32,000 nucleotides of DNA, taken from assembly GCF_049243625.1 (NCBI RefSeq), contig NZ_CP046975.1; one strand, written 5' to 3'. The position numbers and the translations under genes are program-made. The stretch is from Corynebacterium amycolatum (GTDB lineage: Bacteria > Actinomycetota > Actinomycetes > Mycobacteriales > Mycobacteriaceae). Below, in pieces: positions 1 through 8,251 of this stretch. The stretch's first letter is position 1; each line of letters begins with the position of its first letter. The notes under the pieces are model-generated. The model did not search any database, had not been told where the DNA came from, and was given only the letters and a program-made list of their open reading frames with translations.

Positions 1-1
1 C

Positions 2-1246
2 CAGGTTTCCCCGATTGGCCAGACTCGCACTGCGCCGCCGGTGAACTCCTCGCCAGATCACCTGGGCATCGCGCTGACCTCCTGCGCTAACTGGGAAAGT
101 GGCTTCTTCTCCGCTTACCGCGATATGGCGGAAAATGACCGCATCGACATCATTATGTGTGTCGGTGACTACATCTACGAGTACGAGGCCGGTGGCTACT
201 CCGGCAAGGGCCCGGTTCGTGACCACAAGCCGGCTCACGAGATTATTTCTCTCGCTGACTACCGCCTGCGCTACGCCACCTACCGCACCGATGCGGACCT
301 GCAGGAAGCTCACCGCGCAAAGCCGTGGATTGTGACCTGGGATGACCACGAGGTCGCCAACGATGATTGGCACAGTGGCGCTGAGAACCACGACCCGGAG
401 ACCGAAGGCGACTACGTTGCCCGCCGCGACGCCGCTATCCAGGCTTACCTGGAGTGGCTGCCAGTTCGCGCTGTCCCCTTCTCCCAGGGCGGCAAGCTCT
501 ACCGCAGCTTCCGTTTCGGCGATCTCGCCGACCTGACCATGCTGGACCTGCGCACCTACCGTGACCAGCAGCTGAAGTTCATCCGCGCTGGCGAGACCGA
601 TGATGAGAGTCGCTCCATGCTCGGCTCTGAGCAGTTCAATTACCTGCTCGGCCAGTGGCGTTCCTCGAGCGCAAAGTGGCGTATCGTGGGCAACTCCGTC
701 ATGTTCACTCCAGTGCTGGTTCCGCCGCTGGATCCGGAGGCCACTCGCGCTGTCACTGAGCTGCTGAGCTTGCCTCAGGACGGCCTGCCGTACAACTTGG
801 ATCAGTGGGATGGCTACGCTGCTGAGCGTCGTAAGCTGATTGACATCATGGGTAAGGAGGGCTACGACAACGTTGTCTTCCTCACCGGCGATATTCACTC
901 CTCCTGGAACTGCAACGTACCGAAGGTCCCGGGCCAGTACCCGAGTGCCGGTATTGCCGCCATTGAGATTGTCTGTACTTCCGTCAGCGCCCCGAACATC
1001 GATGACATTGTGAAGCTGCCTCAGGACAACCCGATTTCCTTGGCTGCTACCGCTGGACTCAAGGCTGCGAACCCGTACGTCAACTACCTCGAGTTCGACC
1101 GCCACGGCTACACCGCTGTCTACTTCGGCCGCGAGGACGTTACCTCTGAGTACCGCCTCGTCGAGCTCAAGGAGGAACCGAACCAGCCACTTTTCGTCGC
1201 CGCTACCTACCGAGGCAAGCCTGGTGAGGGCATGACCCAGGCTTAA
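2..1246 (+). CDS. phoD: PhoD-family alkaline phosphatase/phosphodiesterase, 5'-truncated by the window edge
   Basis: The frame is open from nt 2 (QVSPIGQTRTAPPV precedes the listed Met at 41), so the gene starts upstream of the window. The translation carries PhoD-type metallophosphatase blocks (VGDYIYEY, TWDDHEVANDDW, FLTGDIHSSW). A strong hairpin terminator follows. Confidence 0.85.
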   Translation, partial: QVSPIGQTRTAPPVNSSPDHLGIALTSCANWESGFFSAYRDMAENDRIDIIMCVGDYIYEYEAGGYSGKGPVRDHKPAHEIISLADYRLRYATYRTDADLQEAHRAKPWIVTWDDHEVANDDWHSGAENHDPETEGDYVARRDAAIQAYLEWLPVRAVPFSQGGKLYRSFRFGDLADLTMLDLRTYRDQQLKFIRAGETDDESRSMLGSEQFNYLLGQWRSSSAKWRIVGNSVMFTPVLVPPLDPEATRAVTELLSLPQDGLPYNLDQWDGYAAERRKLIDIMGKEGYDNVVFLTGDIHSSWNCNVPKVPGQYPSAGIAAIEIVCTSVSAPNIDDIVKLPQDNPISLAATAGLKAANPYVNYLEFDRHGYTAVYFGREDVTSEYRLVELKEEPNQPLFVAATYRGKPGEGMTQA

Positions 1247-1328
1247 GCGCTTTCTCATCCTTTCGCTTTCCGACGACCACTGAGAGCGCACCCCGCATTG
1301 CGCCCTCAGTAGCGTAGTTGCTGTTCAC

Positions 1329-1362
1329 GACGGCCCTGCACAACATGCAGGGCCGTCTTTTT
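1329..1362 (+). terminator. Rho-independent terminator after phoD
   Basis: Perfect 12-bp stem GACGGCCCTGCA / TGCAGGGCCGTC (1329-1340 / 1346-1357), loop CAACA, then TTTTT (1358-1362). Confidence 0.85.
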
Positions 1363-1452
1363 ATTACCCCAAGTTCTTGTGCACAATTAATCGAATTATT
1401 AACAAACCATGTATTCGATATAAGTTGCACAATCTAGCTCAATTATCGTCAA

Positions 1453-1481
1453 TAGACATTAAATTTCTTTGCACTTATACT
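1453..1481 (+). promoter_or_regulatory. Candidate sigma-A-type promoter for lsr2
   Basis: TAGACA (1453-1458), 17-nt spacer, TATACT (1476-1481), about 110 nt upstream of the lsr2 ATG inside the AT-rich leader. Pattern match by eye only. Confidence 0.35.
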
Positions 1482-1519
1482 GTGAGGGAAAGAAAACAGG
1501 GCTTGATATTAATTTGAAA

Positions 1520-1545
1520 TTTCACCGTATTGAAGTTTCACCGTA
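1520..1545 (+). repeat. Direct repeat TTTCACCGTA x2 in the lsr2 leader
   Basis: TTTCACCGTA occurs at 1520-1529 and 1536-1545 (16-nt period). The same leader has TGCACAAT at 1380-1387 and 1426-1433, and TGCACTTA at 1470-1477. Confidence 0.6.
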
Positions 1546-1594
1546 AGCCTTCTTCATTATTACAAGTTCAGCACCAAGCTTAGGCAGGGATTCT

Positions 1595-1948
1595 ATGGCA
1601 CGCCGCGAACTAATTCAGTACATCGACGACCTTGATGGGACTCCGCTTGATTCCGCAGATCACCAAGTCGTTCGTTTCTCTTTCCGCGGTAAGAACTACA
1701 TTCTCGACCTCTCTCAGGAAAATGCTGAGAAGTTCGAGCAGGTATTAGAACCGTATATTGCGAACGCTTCTATTGATCACAGCACGGTTGTAGCTCCGCG
1801 TAAGCGCTCTTCCGCTAATCCCAATGCCGCTGAGGCCCGTGATCGCAATCGCAAGATTCGCCAGTGGGCACGAGAGAATGGCATGGATGTTGCAGACCGC
1901 GGTGCGCTGCCAAAGCACATTATTGAAAAGTACGAGAGCGCTAACTAG
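1595..1948 (+). CDS. lsr2: Lsr2-family nucleoid-associated protein (H-NS-like xenogeneic silencer type)
   Basis: The 117-aa product matches the layout of mycobacterial Lsr2 as I recall it. It has an N-terminal dimerisation part (MARRELIQYIDDLDGTPL..VRFSFRGKNYILDLS), a basic linker, and a C-terminal DNA-binding part (IRQWARENGMDVADRGALPKHIIEKY). GCAGGGA lies 4 nt before the ATG. The leader is AT-rich and a terminator lies downstream. Confidence 0.85.
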   Translation: MARRELIQYIDDLDGTPLDSADHQVVRFSFRGKNYILDLSQENAEKFEQVLEPYIANASIDHSTVVAPRKRSSANPNAAEARDRNRKIRQWARENGMDVADRGALPKHIIEKYESAN

Positions 1949-2006
1949 TTCTCACCCAGGTTCGTTTGCCTTCCACTGGATGTCATCCAGCTTCACTATC
2001 TTAAAG

Positions 2007-2037
2007 ACAGGGTCCCGCCACAGCGGGGCCCTGTTTT
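2007..2037 (+). terminator. Rho-independent terminator after lsr2
   Basis: Stem ACAGGGTCCCGC / GCGGGGCCCTGT (12 bp including one G-U), loop CACA, then TTT (2035-2037). Confidence 0.75.
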
Positions 2038-2144
2038 AAAGTTGGGGCAGGTGATTCGAGTCGCTAGGATAGCGGCTGGAATTGGCACACCGGCCTAATC
2101 CGGTTGTCTTACTTTTCTTATCCTTGACATGGAGGAGTCGGCCC

Positions 2145-3503
2145 GTGGTTATTTTGGAACCATTTGTTTGGCTGGTCTCGTTTGTCCTTAAGGCGTGGCA
2201 CCTTTTACTGGCCTCAGTGTTTCACCTGCCATCTTCTCTGTCCTGGACGCTTTCTCTCTTCCTGCTGGTGTTTACGGTGCGTGGCGCTCTGGCGTTTCTC
2301 GCGTTCCAGCAATTTATCTCGGCGCGCAAGACGGCCAACCTACGGCCGCAGCTTTTTATACTCAAGGAGCGCTACCGCAGGAGCATCGAGCCGAACTCGC
2401 CACAATACGTAAACTTTGCCAGCAAGGAAATGCGCAAAGCCGAAGGTATTAAGACCTCCGTAATGCTGGCGCCCCTCTTCGTCCAGATTCCCGTGATTAT
2501 GGGCCTTGTTCGCATGCTGAGGCACATGCTGCGGGCGTCTGAGGGGCCTGGGCTGCCTGCGTCTCATAATGTCGGATTCATCTCTAAGGATGAGATTTCC
2601 GACTTTCTGAGTGCGACATTCTTGGGGCAGCCTCTACCCGCGTATCTGCGCATGGACCGGGAGCAACTACAAATCCTTGGGGGCGATCATGATTCGCTGT
2701 TAGCTTTCTGCATTATCGGCATCGTGGCAGCGGCCATTTTCACCGGTTTTAACTTGGTCATTTCCTACCGCCGGTTGCAGCGCACTCTCGACTATTCCAA
2801 TAGCGTCAGTGTATTCCTCAGCAAATTCATGCGCGTAATGCTTATCTACGCACCGCTGATGATCCTCTTCGCGGGGTTCTTTGGCCCAACACCTGTGGCT
2901 CTAATTGTCTACTGGGTCACCAATAACTTCTGGACACTGACCCAAAATATTATTCTTACCCGCTATGTAGAAAAGACCTACCCGCTCACGGACGATTTCC
3001 GAACTCTTCAAAACCACCAAAAGGGTGAATACGAATCGGAGCGGGAGGAAAAGAAGAAGTTAAAGCAGGCCAAGCGTCGCTTTTATATCAAATCCGCATT
3101 CGCTCCGTGGAAAATAAAGCAGTATAAGAGCGAATATGCCGCTATTGAGAAGGAATCGCGGGACCGTCGTAAAGCAAAGCAGGACGAAGAATATGCCCAG
3201 GCTTTGAAAATTGCGAAGGTTCGCTACATGGTGACCCAGATGAGGCCTGGCGCTCAGGACAATTTGCCGTCCCTGACGCAGGATATGAAGATTTCCTCGG
3301 GTATAGTTCCGCCGCTTCCCGGCCTGGCCAAAGTGCGGGCAGACATGAAACGACAAGCCGAGAAAGCACAAAAGGCGCAGAAGCGGCCGAAACCAATTCT
3401 GATTGCAAAGAACCTGGGAATGCTGCTCGGCCAGAATACGAAGAATATGGTTAAGAAAGCCACCGGCTCAAAGGAGTCGGACTGGAAACGCTTCCGGGAT
3501 TAG
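2145..3503 (+). CDS. yidC: YidC/Oxa1-family membrane protein insertase paralogue with about 177-aa Lys/Arg-rich C-terminal tail
   Basis: YidC-like blocks are present: FVWLVSFVLKAWH at the N-terminus, the amphipathic RKTANLRPQLFILKERYR..KEMRKAEGI region, APLFVQIPVIMGL, and YWVTNNFWTLTQNIIL. The ORF track starts at TTG 2082. I prefer the in-frame GTG at 2145, which has GGAGGAG (2131-2137) 7 nt upstream. Confidence 0.75.
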   Translation: MVILEPFVWLVSFVLKAWHLLLASVFHLPSSLSWTLSLFLLVFTVRGALAFLAFQQFISARKTANLRPQLFILKERYRRSIEPNSPQYVNFASKEMRKAEGIKTSVMLAPLFVQIPVIMGLVRMLRHMLRASEGPGLPASHNVGFISKDEISDFLSATFLGQPLPAYLRMDREQLQILGGDHDSLLAFCIIGIVAAAIFTGFNLVISYRRLQRTLDYSNSVSVFLSKFMRVMLIYAPLMILFAGFFGPTPVALIVYWVTNNFWTLTQNIILTRYVEKTYPLTDDFRTLQNHQKGEYESEREEKKKLKQAKRRFYIKSAFAPWKIKQYKSEYAAIEKESRDRRKAKQDEEYAQALKIAKVRYMVTQMRPGAQDNLPSLTQDMKISSGIVPPLPGLAKVRADMKRQAEKAQKAQKRPKPILIAKNLGMLLGQNTKNMVKKATGSKESDWKRFRD

Positions 3504-3555
3504 CCCGTGAGCAAAAGGCGAGAACTAGGGCGCGTTAAAAAAGGGAATTAGGTAT

Positions 3556-4176
3556 TTACGTGACCAAGTCACGGGCCAGGTCGCGCGCCATCTGCAGCGG
3601 GTTCAGGTCTTTGGACATCTTGGCACCCGCGAGGCCGCCGTCGAGGTAGAGCAACAGCATATTTGCGTGAGCAGACGGCATACTAGATTCATTTTCAGTC
3701 AGCAGCGTGTGTAGCTGTTGCCAAACCCAGGAGCGGTGATCGGCTGCGGCCTGGCGGATGTCCTGCTCCGACTCCGTTTCCGGCCGTGGATATTCACTAG
3801 CCGCATTCTGGAAGTGTGAACCACGGAAGTCGATTGCCGGCTGCTCCGCAATACACTGATCGAAGAAAGCGAGAATCTTCTCCGCCGGGGTATCCAACGA
3901 GGCCACTCGCTGCTCCCAAGCCTCCCGCCATTTGGCATCGAGGTCTTGCAGATACGCGATGACCAGCTTGTCCTTGGATCCAAACAACGAGTACAGGCTG
4001 GCTTTGGCGACATCAGCTTCCCGCAGGATGCGGTCAATGCCGACAACGCGGATGCCTTCCGTTGTAAACAGAGCTGTCGCTGATGTCAGGAGGCGCTCCC
4101 GCGGACTGGGGCGGTTACGACGGCGAGAGGAAGCGCGGCCGCCTTTTGCGCCCTTGCCCGTTGTCGCTTCTGCCAC
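3556..4176 (-). CDS. TetR/AcrR-family transcriptional regulator
   Basis: N-terminal TetR helix-turn-helix (RERLLTSATALFTTEGIRVVGIDRILREADVAKASLYSLFGSKDKL). GTG start with GGAAGGACGAGAGG upstream on the minus strand. Confidence 0.85.
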   Translation of the reverse strand: MAEATTGKGAKGGRASSRRRNRPSPRERLLTSATALFTTEGIRVVGIDRILREADVAKASLYSLFGSKDKLVIAYLQDLDAKWREAWEQRVASLDTPAEKILAFFDQCIAEQPAIDFRGSHFQNAASEYPRPETESEQDIRQAAADHRSWVWQQLHTLLTENESSMPSAHANMLLLYLDGGLAGAKMSKDLNPLQMARDLARDLVT

Positions 4177-4443
4177 GGCAGTACCTCTCGTCCTTCCAAA
4201 GTCACACCCCGTTATAACAGCTGCTTACTCGCAAATATCGGCATTCGCGTCATTGCTTTCGCAACACTGAGCAGAGCGTTTATAGTTTGTGATATTCCAT
4301 TGTAGGCGCATCTGCGACTGTGATTTTGTAAAAGAACAAACTAGTCAGTCTTTCAGCCTCTAGTCCTACTTTAGCGTGCGATGATTACTGCCCCCAACAG
4401 ATGTCGCGACAACCGCAGAACGCCTACTTCACGACAACCACAC

Positions 4444-4478
4444 AAGAAAAAGGGCATCTCAATGTTAATGAGATGCCC
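4444..4478 (-). terminator. Rho-independent terminator after the GlsB/YeaQ-family gene
   Basis: On the minus strand: GGGCATCTCA, loop TTAACAT, TGAGATGCCC (perfect 10-bp stem), then TTTTTCTT. It lies 74 nt downstream of the stop at 4552. Confidence 0.8.
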
Positions 4479-4551
4479 CGCGCTCTAGCTCACTATCCAG
4501 TAGATAGCAGCGTTACGACGCTTTGTGCTGAGCTGTGCTGTTTTTCTTGGT

Positions 4552-4845
4552 TTACTTACGCTTCTGAACCAGGCCGACAATCCACAGCAAAATCACGGCG
4601 CCGAGCAGACACGTAAGGAAGCTGAAGATCATTCCACCACCGGCGACATCAACGCCGAACAGGGTGAGCAGCCAACCGCCGAGGAAGCCACCGACAATAC
4701 CGACGACGATATTCAGGACGACACCCATCGAAGCATCGGTGCCCATAATCTTGGAACCAATCCAACCGGCAAGGCCACCGATGATAATCCAGCCGAAGAA
4801 GCCCAGAGAGGGGCTAAAGGAGGCAGCAAGAAGAATCTCGTTCAT
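4552..4845 (-). CDS. GlsB/YeaQ/YmgE-family (transglycosylase-associated) small stress membrane protein
   Basis: The Gly-rich TM pattern FFGWIIIGGLAGWIGSKIMG..VLNIVVGIVGGFLGGWLL is typical of the family. The ORF track starts at 4908. I prefer the ATG at 4845 (MNEILL.., 97 aa), which has GGAAAGGAA about 8 nt upstream. Confidence 0.8.
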   Translation of the reverse strand: MNEILLAASFSPSLGFFGWIIIGGLAGWIGSKIMGTDASMGVVLNIVVGIVGGFLGGWLLTLFGVDVAGGGMIFSFLTCLLGAVILLWIVGLVQKRK

Positions 4846-5189
4846 GATAGATATTCCTTTCCGAAATCGTTCTGACTCAACTATAAGGCTTTCCAAAATA
4901 TCTTGCACCTACTGCAAGCACTATCAGGCCATTTCGGCCACTGGGAAACTAGCGAGATAACAGTCGGATAACCACAGGAAAACCCTTATAGAATCTGTAC
5001 TTTCTGCATGAAAACGGGGTTTATGCAGACGAGAGGCCCCATTTATATAAACCGAAGCCGATCTCCGAGACATGTCGGAAACCGGCTAGGTTCTACTTAT
5101 AAATATTCGGTAACGGTTTCTGTTCTCGGCGCTAAACGCACCTCCACGACCGGCACCGGCGTCTTTTCTCAGCCTCCTCGAAGGGCGCT

Positions 5190-6089
5190 TTAGGCGTCAG
5201 TCTCCGGGCGGACGACCATCATCGGGCAAGCAGCCGCCTGCAGGAGTGCACGCGAGGTGGAGCCGAGCAGCATGCCCTTGAAGCCTCCGCGGCCGTGGCT
5301 GCCGACGACCAGCAGCTGCGAGCCTTCCGAGGCATCAGCCAGAGCACGAACCGGGCGGTCGCGGGTAACGACCTTCTTGATGGCCACGTCCGGGTACTTC
5401 TTAGCGTACTTCTCCAGGCGGTGGCCGAGCAGAGCCTTCTGCTCCTCTTCCACAACCTGCCACTGGCTCTGAGCTGCAGAAAGACCGGCCAGGGAAGCCT
5501 GTACCTGCATGTCCATCCAGGTGTGAACTGCAATCAGCTCTGCACCACGGGCATCGGCCTCACGGAATGCGTACTCCGTTGCCTTTTCGGAAATATCGGA
5601 GCCATCGACGCCGACAACGACCGGGCCGTACTTGGTCTCATCGGTGACCAGGTTGTCCTCGCGGACAACAACAACCGGGCACGATGCGTGGGAAACAACA
5701 GCGGCGGAAACCGAACCCATGACCATGCCAGAGAGCCCACCCAGACCGCGAGAGCCCATAACCACCATGGTTGCCTGCTCAGACAGGTCGAGCAGCATGT
5801 CAATCGGGCTGCCCTCTTCAATCTGGTGGCTGACATCTACCGACGGTGCGAAGTCGAGGGCAATCTTCTTGGCCTCGTTAATCTTCTCCAGGGTTTCGGC
5901 CTCAAGATCGTCGTAAAGCTCCTGCGGCGGAACCATGCCCTCTGCGTAGAGGAACTGTGGCATGGAGTAGCTGCTGACCAGACGGAGTGGCTCACCGCGC
6001 TTCACTGCGGTGTTAGCGGCCCACTTGACGGCGGTCTTGGACGCCTCTGAGCCGTCGACCGCGCACACAATGATGTTCTGCCTTGGCAT
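5190..6089 (-). CDS. Universal stress protein with tandem UspA domains
   Basis: There are two Usp repeats, each ending in the G-x2-G-x9-G(S/T) ATP-binding pattern (MGSRGLGGLSGMVMGSVS and VGSHGRGGFKGMLLGSTS). The ORF track starts at 6146. I prefer the ATG at 6089 (MPRQNIIV.., 299 aa), which has AAGGAGG 6 nt upstream. Confidence 0.85.
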   Translation of the reverse strand: MPRQNIIVCAVDGSEASKTAVKWAANTAVKRGEPLRLVSSYSMPQFLYAEGMVPPQELYDDLEAETLEKINEAKKIALDFAPSVDVSHQIEEGSPIDMLLDLSEQATMVVMGSRGLGGLSGMVMGSVSAAVVSHASCPVVVVREDNLVTDETKYGPVVVGVDGSDISEKATEYAFREADARGAELIAVHTWMDMQVQASLAGLSAAQSQWQVVEEEQKALLGHRLEKYAKKYPDVAIKKVVTRDRPVRALADASEGSQLLVVGSHGRGGFKGMLLGSTSRALLQAAACPMMVVRPETDA

Positions 6090-6386
6090 TGATTGCCTCC
6101 TTATTATGCGATCCATAAAAATTGGCTCTCCGCGGCCAGACCGCAACGCAGCTACACCTATCGCACCTGCTTGGACGCCATTTTAATGGACAAGCGTTGC
6201 TATATGGTCAGCTCTTCCGAGCCAACCCTTTTATTACTTTCACCTCCACCCTACCCCCATTATGTTGCGACCGACAGGGCAGAATGTTGTCCACCTACGC
6301 CATTGGGGGCGATACCAACACCGCTCTGCCACAGCAACTCCGCTTGCCTGCCAGATGAATCCGGGGCACCTGTTAAAGTCAGCCGT

Positions 6387-7418
6387 ATGCGTCGCATGCC
6401 ACTGCCCATTCGCGATGGGCTCAACCCATCCCGCATCGCCGCTCCCGGGCGTCATGGCGATGCCCCCACCCGTGCGTGGGTTCTGCTCGCAGGCGCTATC
6501 GCAGGTCAAACCCATCGCCACCCGGACGATGATGAAGCGGCCGTAGCTAAACGCTTTGCAGATGGACTCGTCGTTCGCGCCAACTCAGTGCCGTACAGTC
6601 CAGATGACATGGTGAAGCCCGGCGCGGAAATGTGGTTTTACCGCACCCCGGCACCGGAGCGCACAATCGCGGGGCCGATGCCGATTGTCTTTCAAGATGA
6701 CAACCTTGTGGTCGTCGACAAGCCGTCGTTTTTGGCAACGATGCCACGCGGCCGACACATCACGGAAACCGCTGTCGTACGCCTGCGGCGGGAGCTGGGA
6801 AATCCGGAGTTGGTTCCCGCGCATCGCCTCGACAGACTGACGTCGGGGTTGCTCATCTTTACCGCCCGGCGCGAAGTTCGTGGCGCCTACCAGGGGCTTT
6901 TCGCATCTGGGGAAGTTACTAAGCGCTATCACGCGCTGACATCGCCCACACCCATCGCTGGCGCGACCAGCGAAGCCCTGCCCGAGACCCCGCTGGAGTT
7001 GCGCACACGACAGCACAAAGTTGCTGGCCAGATGCAGGCTTATACTCTCGAGGGCGAGCCAAACGCCCACACCATCATCGAGCACATTTCGCTTGTCGAC
7101 GTGCCTTCGGACGCCGACGACCTCGCTGCCGACAGTGGTCGCGTTGCGCTGTGGCAATTGAAACCCATCACCGGACGCACTCATCAGCTACGGCTGCACT
7201 TGAGTGAGCTGGGCTTTCCCATCCTGGGCGACCAGTACTACCCGGAGATTCTGCCGCTGGAGGCCGAGAATACCTCGGAGCCCCTGCACCTGGTCTGTGT
7301 AGAAATGAGTTTCGCTGACCCCGTGACTGGTGAACAACGAACGTTCCATTCCCGCCGCAGCGTTTTCAATCCGCTTTCGCTGCCGGATATTAATTCGCCG
7401 TTGATCAAATCTAATTAG
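6387..7418 (+). CDS. RluA-family pseudouridine synthase
   Basis: Catalytic motif HRLDRLTSGLLIF, plus VVVDKPSFLATMP and GRTHQLRLHL. The first 98 codons of the listed ORF (6093-6386) are not protein-like and overlap the divergent usp promoter region. A start at ATG 6387 or 6396 is preferred; the exact start is uncertain. Confidence 0.75.
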   Translation: MRRMPLPIRDGLNPSRIAAPGRHGDAPTRAWVLLAGAIAGQTHRHPDDDEAAVAKRFADGLVVRANSVPYSPDDMVKPGAEMWFYRTPAPERTIAGPMPIVFQDDNLVVVDKPSFLATMPRGRHITETAVVRLRRELGNPELVPAHRLDRLTSGLLIFTARREVRGAYQGLFASGEVTKRYHALTSPTPIAGATSEALPETPLELRTRQHKVAGQMQAYTLEGEPNAHTIIEHISLVDVPSDADDLAADSGRVALWQLKPITGRTHQLRLHLSELGFPILGDQYYPEILPLEAENTSEPLHLVCVEMSFADPVTGEQRTFHSRRSVFNPLSLPDINSPLIKSN

Positions 7419-7436
7419 AAGAGAACCCCCTCCCCC

Positions 7437-8231
7437 ATGTCTGCCAAGCATGCACAACAATCCGCTAAATCATCCGCTGAATCTTCTTTGGAGCATTCCG
7501 CCCCACCAGCGGCGGCCTACGCTGAGAGGCTCACCAAGAAGTACGGTGTCGGCAATGCCGCTGTTACTGCACTGGACCATGTCGATATCTCTTTTGCCGC
7601 TGGTGAGTTCACCGCGATTATGGGCCCGTCCGGGTCCGGTAAGTCGACATTGATGCACTGCATGGCCGGTTTGGACTCCGCGACGTCGGGAAGCGCGTAC
7701 ATCGGCACGACGGATCTGTCGAAGCTGTCGGACAAGGAAATCACGGCGCTGCGGCGTGATCGCCTGGGCTTTGTGTTCCAGTCCTTCAACCTGGTGCCGA
7801 CGTTGACGGCGGCAGAGAACATCACCCTGCCTATCAATATCGCTGGTCGGAAGGTGGATAAGCAGTGGTTCGAGGAAATCACCACACGCCTCGGGCTTAA
7901 AGAACGGCTTACGCACCGCCCCTCGGAACTGTCCGGTGGCCAGCAGCAGCGTGTCGCCTGTGCGCGTGCCATCGTCAGCCGGCCGGAGATCATTTTTGGC
8001 GATGAGCCGACGGGCAACTTGGACTCGAACTCATCTCGTGAGGTATTGACGATTCTCCGCGATGCGGTTGATGACATCGGCCAAACCGTCGTCATTGTGA
8101 CGCATGATGCCACCGCCGCGTCCTACGCAGACCGTGTTGTGTTCCTCGCGGATGGCCGCGTGGTTGACGAGCTTCGCAATCCCACGCCCGCCGATATCTT
8201 GGCGCGCATGGCAGATATTGAGAATCTTTAG
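7437..8231 (+). CDS. ABC transporter ATP-binding protein (MacB/LolD/FtsE-like)
   Basis: Walker A GPSGSGKST, signature LSGGQQQRVACARA, Walker B IIFGDEPTGNLD, H-loop VTHD. Confidence 0.9.
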   Translation: MSAKHAQQSAKSSAESSLEHSAPPAAAYAERLTKKYGVGNAAVTALDHVDISFAAGEFTAIMGPSGSGKSTLMHCMAGLDSATSGSAYIGTTDLSKLSDKEITALRRDRLGFVFQSFNLVPTLTAAENITLPINIAGRKVDKQWFEEITTRLGLKERLTHRPSELSGGQQQRVACARAIVSRPEIIFGDEPTGNLDSNSSREVLTILRDAVDDIGQTVVIVTHDATAASYADRVVFLADGRVVDELRNPTPADILARMADIENL

Positions 8232-8251
8232 GAAGGCAGGTCATCTCCCCC

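Noticed and set aside
3556-6146. The TetR - GlsB/YeaQ - tandem-USP run as a horizontally acquired stress island
   Set aside because: There are no mobility genes, flanking repeats or tRNA. The composition looks like the surrounding genes. Each gene has its own start signal; only the GlsB/YeaQ gene has a terminator I could call. This is an ordinary collection of common stress genes.
6093-6386. 98-codon N-terminal extension of the pseudouridine synthase ORF, and similar upstream extensions at 2082, 4908, 6146 and 12325
   Set aside because: The extensions lack protein-like sequence and overlap neighbouring promoter regions. Downstream in-frame starts have better SD sequences (GGAGGAG, GGAAAGGAA, AAGGAGG) and give family-typical N-termini.
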